From: Pseudomonas phage YMC12/01/R960
Strand: one strand, 5' to 3'
Sequence record: MH643777.1
Length of the DNA stretch: 37,011 bases
The position numbers and the translations under genes are program-made. Position 1 is the stretch's first letter; each line of letters starts with the position of its first letter. Of this stretch, positions 24,285 to 32,714 are shown piece after piece. The notes under the pieces are model-generated. The model was not told where the DNA came from. It worked only from the letters and a program-made list of their open reading frames with translations, and did no database searches.

Positions 24285-27200
24285 TTGAACGTGGCCGACC
24301 AGGACCTTGTATTAGCCCTGCGCATCCGCGCTGACCTTCAGCAGGGTGCGGACCAGGTCGAGGAACTGTCCAACTCGATCCAGGCCGCTGGTGACCATGC
24401 CAGCCAGGCTGGCCGGGAGCTGTCCGGTTTGGGGGAGACGGCCGACCAGCAGGCGGCCCGGATCAAGGCGATGGTCGCCGCGTCCCTGCAACAGCGGGAA
24501 GCGCTGGACGCGCTGGCGGAAAGTTCAGATCGGATGAACACCGCCACGCGGGCAGCCACCAGCGGATGGCAGGAAAGCGCCCGCGCTCAATCGGCGTCGA
24601 TGAATGCCTACCACAACGCCGAGCGCGCCCGCGAACAGCAGGTTGCAGCCGAGCAACGAGCGGCCGAGGCAGCGGCGAAAGCGACCGCCGAGTTCGACCG
24701 GCAGCAGGCCGAGCTGGGCAAACTGCTCGCGGCCATCGACCCGGTCACTCGCGAGCTGGAGAAGCTCGACAGCCTCCAGGCGCGCCTGAATGCTGCCAAG
24801 GGTCGAGGTATCGACCCGGACGTCTTTACGACCTACAACGCCAAGCTCCAGGAGCAACGGGACCGCCTGCTCGGCACGTCTGACGCCATGGCCGTGGCCG
24901 GCATTTCGGCAGGTCAGTACCGCCAGGCCATGCGGCAGTTGCCGGCGCAGATCACCGACGTTGTCACCAGCCTGGCTAGCGGGATGCCGCTGTGGATGGT
25001 TGCCATCCAGCAAGGCGGGCAGATCAAGGACAGTTTCGGTGGCGTCGGCGCGACGTTCCAAGCGCTGGGCGACCAGGTCAAATCGTTCTTCGGGATCGCG
25101 AGTAACGCTAGCGACGGCCTGGACGACATCGCCCGAGGGGCGGACGCTGCCGCAGCGTCGGCCAACAACGCCAAGACGGCTATGGTAGGCCTCAGCGGAG
25201 CAGGTAGCGCCTTTATAGTCATCGGCGCGGCGGTGGCCGCTGCGGGCGTGGCGCTGGCTCTGGCATATGAGAAAGGCAGCTCAGAGGCGGACGAGCTGAA
25301 CAAGGCCATCGTCCTGACCGGCAACTATGCCGGCACCACCGCCGGGCAACTGTCCGCCATGGCGGCGTCACTCGCCAGGGCGAACGGCACTCAGTATGAG
25401 GCCGTGGCGGTACTGTCGGAAATCACCGCGACCGGCAAGTTCACGGTTGACCAGATCGAGCAGGTTGCCACTACCTCCATCGCGATGCAGGAAGCGACCG
25501 GCAAGGCTGTTTCGGATACGGTCGCCGAGTTCTCCAAGCTGGCCGACGAACCGGTCAAAGCCTCGCAGCAGCTCAACGAGAAATATCACTACCTGACCGC
25601 CTCGGTTTACGAGCAGATAGCCGCCCTCGATCAGCAAGGCGATTCGCTGGGTGCCGCCCAGCTGGCCATGGATGCCTATAGCCAGGCAATGGACGAGCGG
25701 GCGAGCCAGATCGTCGAGAACCTGGGCACCCTGGAAACCGCTTGGAAGACCGTTGCCGGGGTGGCCAAGGGCGCCTGGGACGAAATGCTCGGCGTGGGCC
25801 GGACGGAGACGCCCGAGGAACGCCTGGAGCAACTGACCAAGGGGCAGGCCTTCCAGCCGGGGCGCGCTGTGGCCAGCGGGGCTGTCTTCGGCCCCTTGGG
25901 CTGGTTCAACGAGCTACGCAAGGCGTATCAGCGCAGCTCGATGTCGGACGACGAGCGCGGGAAGCAATTCACCGATGCCCTCCAGGAAATCCAGGACGAG
26001 GGCGAGAAGGCGCAGAAGGCGCGCCTGGATCGCTACCTGGAGGACGAGGCAATACGCGGCCAGCAGAGCATGGACAAGCTGCTGGAGTCGGTGCGCACCA
26101 ACAAGGAAAAGCGCGACAAGCTCAACAGGGAGCTGGACCGGAGCATTGCCGCGATCCAGGCGGCTAACCCGAACGACGAACGCCTGCGGCCGGAAAATAT
26201 CGCCGCCGCTCGCAAGGCCATCGATCAGAAGTACAAAGACCCGAAAACCCCGAAAGGACCGTCTACGCCCCTCGACCAGTCCAGCGTCACCGAGGCGAAG
26301 AACCGCCTGGACCAGTTGCAAACCGATTTCAGGAACGCCGAGCAGAAGCTCCAGGCGCAGCAGCGCGCCGGCCTACTGAGCTATGCGGACTATGTCGCGC
26401 AGCGCGGCGAACTGATCAGCCAGAACAAGGACCAGGTCACCGCAGCCTATGAGGGGGAAATCCAGGCGCTGGAGGCGCTGCGCGACAAAAGTTCCACCAC
26501 GGCGGCCCAGCGCATCAGCCTGGACCAGAAGATCGCCGAGGCCAGGAACAACATGGTCAAGGCACAGAAGAAGGCCGACGCCGACCTGGAAGTCCTCCAG
26601 CTCAACGAACAGGGCCGCCTGAAGAAACAGGCCCAGGCAGTCAAGGCCTACAGCGACGCGCTCCAGCAACAACAGGATGCGCTGGCCCTCCAGGGTCAAC
26701 GTGCCGCCGCTGCCGTGGGCATGGGCGCGCAACAGCGCCGCTTGTTCGATCAGCGTGGCAGCCTTGACGACCGATTCGCGCAGCAGCGCCTGGACCTAGC
26801 GAGCCAGTACGGTGACGGCTCGCGAGGCATGAGCCTCGACGAGTACAACGACAAGCTCAAGGCGCTGGAAGCTAACCATGCCGCGATGACCCAGCAGCTG
26901 CAACGCAACTACGCCGACCTCCAGGCCGCCCAGGGCAACTGGGTCAACGGGGCGACGTCGGCGTTCGCTGATTACATCGACTCCGCCAGGGACGTCGCGG
27001 GTCAGACCTACGAACTGTTTAGTAACGCCTTCTCCGGTCTGGAGGATGCCGTCGTTACCTTTGTGACGACTGGCAAGGCGTCGCTGGATGACTTCGTCCG
27101 CACCATGATTGGCGACCTGGCCAGGATGGCGACCCGCCAGCTGGGGGCGTCTCTGCTTTCCGGGTTTGGCCTGGGTGGTGGCACCGATGGCGGCGCCCAG

Positions 27201-27848
27201 GGGCTGACGGTCGGCGCCTCGGCTGTATCCGCCTCGGCCGGCGCCCTGGCGACTGCTGGCGGCACGCTCCTGAGCGGCGCCGCCGCTATCCAGGCCGCTG
27301 CCGCCTCGCTGGCCGCCGCCAATGGTGTCAGTGGGGTGACCGGCGCTGCGGGAGCTGCCGGGGCCGCTGGAGTGGCTGGTGGCGGGAGTGGCTGGTTGTC
27401 TTCGATCACCAGCATTTTCGGCTTCGCGGGTGGTGGCCAGGTCCAGGGACCAGGCACCCCCACCAGCGACAGCATACCGGCCTGGCTATCCAACAATGAG
27501 GTCGTAATCCGGTCGGCATCCGCCATGCAGCCAGGGCTTACTCCGCTGCTGCTGGACATCAACCAACGCGGATGGGCTGCGCTCCATGACTGGGCGGGAG
27601 CCGTCCGCCACGCCACCGGAGGCGTCGCCGGCATTCCCGCGCCATCCCTGCCACGCCCAAGCATGGGCGCCGCTCAGATACAGGAGCCGTCCAAGAATTT
27701 CAGCACCGCAGTGAACAACGCGGTCCACCTCCATGCCGTTCAAGACCCCGACCAGATGGCGGCCGACATGTGGGCCGGCAAGGGCGGCGACCATTACATC
27801 GTCTGGCTGAACAAGAACCGCCAGCTCGTCAAGCAGATTATCGGATAG
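24285..27848 (+). CDS. tail tape measure protein
   Basis: 1187 aa, largely predicted coiled-coil, with an Ala/Gly-rich hydrophobic C-terminal region. Start is TTG 24285 or GTG 24291. Confidence 0.9.
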   Translation: MNVADQDLVLALRIRADLQQGADQVEELSNSIQAAGDHASQAGRELSGLGETADQQAARIKAMVAASLQQREALDALAESSDRMNTATRAATSGWQESARAQSASMNAYHNAERAREQQVAAEQRAAEAAAKATAEFDRQQAELGKLLAAIDPVTRELEKLDSLQARLNAAKGRGIDPDVFTTYNAKLQEQRDRLLGTSDAMAVAGISAGQYRQAMRQLPAQITDVVTSLASGMPLWMVAIQQGGQIKDSFGGVGATFQALGDQVKSFFGIASNASDGLDDIARGADAAAASANNAKTAMVGLSGAGSAFIVIGAAVAAAGVALALAYEKGSSEADELNKAIVLTGNYAGTTAGQLSAMAASLARANGTQYEAVAVLSEITATGKFTVDQIEQVATTSIAMQEATGKAVSDTVAEFSKLADEPVKASQQLNEKYHYLTASVYEQIAALDQQGDSLGAAQLAMDAYSQAMDERASQIVENLGTLETAWKTVAGVAKGAWDEMLGVGRTETPEERLEQLTKGQAFQPGRAVASGAVFGPLGWFNELRKAYQRSSMSDDERGKQFTDALQEIQDEGEKAQKARLDRYLEDEAIRGQQSMDKLLESVRTNKEKRDKLNRELDRSIAAIQAANPNDERLRPENIAAARKAIDQKYKDPKTPKGPSTPLDQSSVTEAKNRLDQLQTDFRNAEQKLQAQQRAGLLSYADYVAQRGELISQNKDQVTAAYEGEIQALEALRDKSSTTAAQRISLDQKIAEARNNMVKAQKKADADLEVLQLNEQGRLKKQAQAVKAYSDALQQQQDALALQGQRAAAAVGMGAQQRRLFDQRGSLDDRFAQQRLDLASQYGDGSRGMSLDEYNDKLKALEANHAAMTQQLQRNYADLQAAQGNWVNGATSAFADYIDSARDVAGQTYELFSNAFSGLEDAVVTFVTTGKASLDDFVRTMIGDLARMATRQLGASLLSGFGLGGGTDGGAQGLTVGASAVSASAGALATAGGTLLSGAAAIQAAAASLAAANGVSGVTGAAGAAGAAGVAGGGSGWLSSITSIFGFAGGGQVQGPGTPTSDSIPAWLSNNEVVIRSASAMQPGLTPLLLDINQRGWAALHDWAGAVRHATGGVAGIPAPSLPRPSMGAAQIQEPSKNFSTAVNNAVHLHAVQDPDQMAADMWAGKGGDHYIVWLNKNRQLVKQIIG

Positions 27849-27855
27849 GAGTCCC

Positions 27856-28812
27856 ATGGCCACCGAATTCGGCACCGCCACGAACCATGCTGACCTTGTC
27901 GAGCGCCTCGTCCAGTTCCTCACCGCGCACCCAGACCTGGTCGCGGCTGGGCAGGCCTACGAGAAGGTTTTCGACAACACCATCCCCGCGTCCGGCACTG
28001 CGATAGCCGTGCGCCAGGTGACACTGCGCGCCCCAGGCCTGGGCGGCACCGATAGCATCTACATGGGGATTCAGAGCTACGGCGATACCGCCCTGGACTA
28101 CTACAACCTTCGCCTGATGGGCGGCACGGCGTTCAATCCTGGAGCAATCCCGCCTGGCGGAGACTACTGGACCGCGTTTGCTAACTACAGCCCGCGGGTT
28201 CAGGCGCTGCTGTGGAACCAGCCCATGCCGTACTGGTTCTTTGCCAATGGTCGCCGGTTCTGGATGGTCGTCAAGGTCAGCACGATCTACGAGTCGGCCG
28301 GCGCCGGCTTCATCCTGCCACCCTGTCCACCGTCGCAGTACCCGTACCCACTCGCTGTAGTCGGGTCGTATCGCGGGGACGTCGCTGTGCGCTGGTCCGA
28401 TGTGAGTGACCGGCACCGAGGCATCAGCAGCCCCTACGAGCGAAGCTGCTATCTCCGCGATCCCGCCGGGCGCTGGCTCGGTTTCACTGTAGACGGAGGG
28501 GCTGCCAACGAGTCCGACTACAACAATCGGACGCTCCTCCCGCTGGGCTGCGGCCGTTATGCGGGCAGCAGTGACACCGTGGTCAAACAACTGCGGGATT
28601 CATTCGGGAAGTTCCCGCTCAAGGCGCTGTCGTTCGTCACCCGCGAAACCGAGGGGCGCCGAAACCTGGGCGACTTCGACGGCGCTTTCTACGTGCCAAC
28701 GCTCAACTCCGGCGCCGAGGACGTGATTGTCGAGGACGGAGTGGACCACGTTGTTTTCCAAACCGCCTGGCGCTCGGGCAACCCCTGGCTCTACGCAATC
28801 AGAAAGGACTGA
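27856..28812 (+). CDS. tail protein (distal tail), 318 aa
   Basis: RBS TAGGAG. N-terminus MATEFGTATNHADLVERL is paralogous to the next gene. Confidence 0.65.
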   Translation: MATEFGTATNHADLVERLVQFLTAHPDLVAAGQAYEKVFDNTIPASGTAIAVRQVTLRAPGLGGTDSIYMGIQSYGDTALDYYNLRLMGGTAFNPGAIPPGGDYWTAFANYSPRVQALLWNQPMPYWFFANGRRFWMVVKVSTIYESAGAGFILPPCPPSQYPYPLAVVGSYRGDVAVRWSDVSDRHRGISSPYERSCYLRDPAGRWLGFTVDGGAANESDYNNRTLLPLGCGRYAGSSDTVVKQLRDSFGKFPLKALSFVTRETEGRRNLGDFDGAFYVPTLNSGAEDVIVEDGVDHVVFQTAWRSGNPWLYAIRKD

Positions 28813-28813
28813 C

Positions 28814-29737
28814 ATGGCCTATTTCACCGGTACTGCGAACAACCCGTCTGACTTGCTCGCCAAGCTACGCGTCCACGCTGAGTCGCTCGGCTGGGTCACC
28901 GACCGCGCCTCGGCATCGGAATGGCTCTGTCACAACGCTGATGGGTACTGGTCATTCAATGCCGGAGCCAATCAGTTTCAGATCGCGGGCAATACGGGGT
29001 TCGACAACGGGCTGGCGTGGAACGCGCAGCCCGGTAACTCGGTGCAGAACAACCCTTATTCGTCGAAGGGACCGACCGTCGCACAGCTGAGCGGTGGGCC
29101 GTTCACCCGTTACCACCTGTTTGCCACGGCGGCCTATCTGCACCTGCACGTCGAGATCGCGGCAGGCCAGTTCCGGCCGGTGATGATTGGCTCGCTCAAC
29201 AAGCGCGGAGTCGAATACAGCGGCGGCCAGTACGTATGCGGCTCCGTAATCTATCAGTCAGGCCAGATGCTGACATCGAGCTGGTCCTGTCATCCGTTCG
29301 ACGGCTATCACGTTCGCTATAGCGACGGTGGTTGCGTACTGCGCCTGGATGGCTTGGATGGCGGCCCCTCGCCCGACTGGCTGCCGTTCGACTACACAAC
29401 GAACGTCCCCCGGCGCGTCGTCGGCCCCGGTCGCGGAAACTACAGGAATCAGTACCATCCTGACGTCGGACTGATCGACGCCAGCGCAAACGAGCTGAAC
29501 AGCTCGACCACCACTGTGCCGTGCGCCATCTATGCGTTCGGCGCTCAGCAGCGCTCGCGCTACGTGGGCGAAGTGCCGGACTTTGGCATGTGCAACATGG
29601 CCTTCCTCGCGCCTGGTGATCCGCTTGTCGTCGGTAGCGACACTTGGCGCGTCTATCCGTTGCTCCAACGCGGAACCGCTACCGACTTCGACAGCACCAG
29701 CGCCTGGGTCGGCTATTGCTTCCGGGTGGTCGAGTGA
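28814..29737 (+). CDS. tail protein, 307 aa, N-terminal paralog of the preceding gene
   Basis: ATG 28814 (MAYFTGTANNPSDLLAKL). Start is in frame with track ORF 28727..29737. Confidence 0.65.
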   Translation: MAYFTGTANNPSDLLAKLRVHAESLGWVTDRASASEWLCHNADGYWSFNAGANQFQIAGNTGFDNGLAWNAQPGNSVQNNPYSSKGPTVAQLSGGPFTRYHLFATAAYLHLHVEIAAGQFRPVMIGSLNKRGVEYSGGQYVCGSVIYQSGQMLTSSWSCHPFDGYHVRYSDGGCVLRLDGLDGGPSPDWLPFDYTTNVPRRVVGPGRGNYRNQYHPDVGLIDASANELNSSTTTVPCAIYAFGAQQRSRYVGEVPDFGMCNMAFLAPGDPLVVGSDTWRVYPLLQRGTATDFDSTSAWVGYCFRVVE

Positions 29738-31440
29738 TGGCGACGTTTCCGGGGTTCCAGGTGCCGAAGCCTGTGGAGGGGATCGTTGCTGGCATCACGC
29801 CGAATATCGACGCCCTGGAGCTGAACCAGGACATCAGCCTTGCAGCGGTCGCGGCCTCGACTTGGGCCGGCGCCTATGGGGCGCATCAGCCGGTAGAGGT
29901 GATCCATTCGACCTACCAGGCTGTCCACCAAAGCGCTCTGGAAGAGAACTACTACAACCGCCTCTGGTTGATTCCGACCGCAATGGAACTGGGCAACGTC
30001 GTCAGCACCCAGATACGACCGGCATCTGTCTGGAACGCATATTTCAGTCCGCGCACGCTGACTGCCATCGAGCGGGAAGATGCAGACGGCATCACGCTAT
30101 CCGGCCAGTCGTCGCCGCCGCTGGGTTTTGCCGCCTTGGAAGAACGCACCTGGACGGTCAGCATCGGCACCGACGGCCCGCCCGTGGTCAATGCGCGGAT
30201 CGTCTGGAAGCTCCAGGGCGAGCCGGACCTGGTGCTGGTCATCACCGGCAATCGGATCATCGCCTGGACGTTCGCCCCGGACTGGGGCGACAGCATCGTC
30301 GAGCGCCTCAGCGCCTCGACAAATATCCTGCAAAGCGAATCGGCCGTGACCCAGCGCCGAGCCATGCGCCTGGCGCCGCGCCGGGAGTTCGACGCGAACA
30401 TGTACGCGGTGGACCGCGAGCGGCAGCTGCTGGACATGACGCTGTTCGGCTGGGGCGCGCGCATTTGGGCGCTGCCGATCTGGCCTGATATCCAGCTGCT
30501 CCAGCAGCCGTTGGCGGCCGGCTCGCTGAGCATTCCGTGCGACACGGTCGGCCTCGACTTCCGCGACGGCGGTCTAGCGATGCTGCGCGGCGAGGACGCC
30601 TTCAACTATGAGGTCGTCGAGGTCAAGACGGTGGCCGCCGCCGGCCTGGACCTGGTCCGCCCCGTCCAGGCCGCCTGGGGAACTGGCTCGCGACTGTACC
30701 CGGTACGCACCGCGCAGCTGACCGAACAGCCCACGCTGACCCGGCTGACCGATACCGCGCAGTCTGCGCGGGTGTCGTTCCTTGTGATGGAACCCAGCAG
30801 TTGGCCCGAGGTGATGCCGGCGACGATGTACCGGGGGCGTCCTGTCCTGGAACAGCGCCCGGACGAAAGCGAAGACCTCACCTCTAGCTATCAGCGCCTG
30901 CTGTCCACCCTGGACAACGGCAGCGCCATTCCGCGCGTGACTGACGTCGCCGGGATGGCGCTGCCGGTCTTGGGGCATCGCTGGATCGGCATGGGCCGAG
31001 CCGAGCGGTCGGCGTTCCGTAGCCTGGTCTATGCGCTGCGCGGCCAGCAGAAGCCGCTATGGGTGCCGACCCACGCCGACGACCTGACGCTTGTCGGAAC
31101 CGTGTCCCAGCTGGCCACCGCGCTGGACGTGCGCAATATCGGCTATGCCCGTTTCGCCAACGGCCGGCCGGGCCGTCGCGACATCCGCATCGAGCTGTAC
31201 GACGGCACGGTCTATCACCGCCGCATCCTCACCAGCACCGAGCTGGACGCCGACACCGAGCGCCTGGCCATCGACGCCGCCCTGGGCCGGCTGGTCGAGC
31301 CTGGTGACGTGGCGCGCATTTGTTTCATGGCGCTCTGTAGCGCCGCCACCGACGTGGTCGAGATCGAGCACGTCACTGATAGCGAGGGCGTAGCAACTGC
31401 CGCCCTGACGTTCAAAGGGGTTCGTGACGATGAGTTTTAA
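29737..31440 (+). CDS. tail protein (GTA g12-like distal tail candidate), 567 aa
   Basis: ATG 29737 overlaps the upstream stop (TGATG). Precedes the BR0599-like gene. Confidence 0.65.
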   Translation: MATFPGFQVPKPVEGIVAGITPNIDALELNQDISLAAVAASTWAGAYGAHQPVEVIHSTYQAVHQSALEENYYNRLWLIPTAMELGNVVSTQIRPASVWNAYFSPRTLTAIEREDADGITLSGQSSPPLGFAALEERTWTVSIGTDGPPVVNARIVWKLQGEPDLVLVITGNRIIAWTFAPDWGDSIVERLSASTNILQSESAVTQRRAMRLAPRREFDANMYAVDRERQLLDMTLFGWGARIWALPIWPDIQLLQQPLAAGSLSIPCDTVGLDFRDGGLAMLRGEDAFNYEVVEVKTVAAAGLDLVRPVQAAWGTGSRLYPVRTAQLTEQPTLTRLTDTAQSARVSFLVMEPSSWPEVMPATMYRGRPVLEQRPDESEDLTSSYQRLLSTLDNGSAIPRVTDVAGMALPVLGHRWIGMGRAERSAFRSLVYALRGQQKPLWVPTHADDLTLVGTVSQLATALDVRNIGYARFANGRPGRRDIRIELYDGTVYHRRILTSTELDADTERLAIDAALGRLVEPGDVARICFMALCSAATDVVEIEHVTDSEGVATAALTFKGVRDDEF

Positions 31441-32251
31441 CAGCCGCGAAAGCTCGCTCGCGGATGGGCAGCCGGTGCGGCTGTACCAGTTCAGCCGTGG
31501 CGCGATCCGCTGGAGCTACAACAGCAGCGACCGGGACATCACCTACCAGAACCAGATTTTCCGCACGGTGCCGGGCGGCATCACCGACAACGGGATTATC
31601 TGTTCCGGCGATCCGCAGTCCGACCAGTTCGTCATCACCGCCCCGGCCGACCTCGATGTCGCGCTGCTGTACAAGACCCGGTCGCCGAGTGGTGCCATCG
31701 ACTTGGTCGTCTACGACATGCACTACGGCGACGCCGAGGCAGCGGTTTCCTGGGTAGGCCAGATTGGCGATGTGGACTGGCCGACCGTGGATAGCTGCCG
31801 CATAACGTGCGTGTCCGAAGATGAACTGATGGACCAGCCCGGCCTGATCGACACCTACTGCCGCACCTGCACGGCAGTTGTTGGCGACCACCGCTGCAAG
31901 GTCAACCTCGTTCCGTATCGCGTGACGCTGACGCCGCAGAGCATCAGCGGCTGGGTGATCTCCAGCGGCGTGGTCGCCGGTTATGCCGATGGCTGGTTTA
32001 CCGGGGGCTACGTCGAGTGGCAGGTGGACGGCGACAACTACGATAGCCGCTACATCGAGCGGCACGCCGGACCCGATCTTTACATCCTGGGCGGCACCGA
32101 GGGCATTCCGGCAGGTGGCCAACTGCGGGTTTATCCAGGTTGCGACGGGCTCGCGCAGACCTGCAACGACAAGTTCAGCAACCTCCCCAACTTCAGGGGG
32201 TTTAACGCGATGCAAGGCAAGTCGCCGTTCGATGGCGATCAGGTCTGGTGA
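31430..32251 (+). CDS. tail protein of the BR0599/DUF2163 family (GTA g13-like)
   Basis: MSFNSRESSLADGQPVRLYQFSRGAIRWSYNSSDRDITYQNQIF resembles the phage conserved hypothetical BR0599 family. ATG 31430. Confidence 0.65.
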   Translation: MSFNSRESSLADGQPVRLYQFSRGAIRWSYNSSDRDITYQNQIFRTVPGGITDNGIICSGDPQSDQFVITAPADLDVALLYKTRSPSGAIDLVVYDMHYGDAEAAVSWVGQIGDVDWPTVDSCRITCVSEDELMDQPGLIDTYCRTCTAVVGDHRCKVNLVPYRVTLTPQSISGWVISSGVVAGYADGWFTGGYVEWQVDGDNYDSRYIERHAGPDLYILGGTEGIPAGGQLRVYPGCDGLAQTCNDKFSNLPNFRGFNAMQGKSPFDGDQVW

Positions 32252-32259
32252 GGTAGGCC

Positions 32260-32499
32260 ATGGACCCGATCACAATCAATCTCGTCATCTTGGCGGCGTC
32301 GTTCATCCTATCCAAGGTCTTGGCGCCGAAGCCGCAGAAGCCCAAGCCGACCGCCTTTGAAGACATCGATTTCCCGCGCTGTGACGAGGGCGACGAACAG
32401 GTCGCCGTCTTCGGTCAGTGCTGGTCGAAGAGCTGGATGGTGCTGACCGTGGGCAACTACAGAACAAAGGCGATCAAGACCAAAGGGAGCAAGAAATGA
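32260..32499 (+). CDS. small protein with N-terminal TM helix, 79 aa
   Basis: RBS GAGGTAGG precedes ATG 32260. INLVILAASFILSKVLA is hydrophobic. Confidence 0.5.
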   Translation: MDPITINLVILAASFILSKVLAPKPQKPKPTAFEDIDFPRCDEGDEQVAVFGQCWSKSWMVLTVGNYRTKAIKTKGSKK

Positions 32500-32714
32500 T
32501 CGTTACGGCTCAGCACCTGCATACCGTGCCGACCTGGACCACTCGGCAGGGCTACTGCCACCGGCAGGCGCGAGACTTCTTCAAGCGCCATGGCCTGGAT
32601 TGGATGGCTTTCCTACGGGACGGCATCGAGGCCGACGTGCTTGTCGCGACCGGCGACGCGCTCGCGCTCAAATTGGTTGAACATGCACGCCTGGAGGTGG
32701 CCGATGGGCGCTAA
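32496..32714 (+). CDS. small hypothetical protein, 72 aa
   Basis: RBS AAAGGGAG precedes ATG 32496. ATGA overlap with the upstream stop. Confidence 0.5.
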   Translation: MIVTAQHLHTVPTWTTRQGYCHRQARDFFKRHGLDWMAFLRDGIEADVLVATGDALALKLVEHARLEVADGR

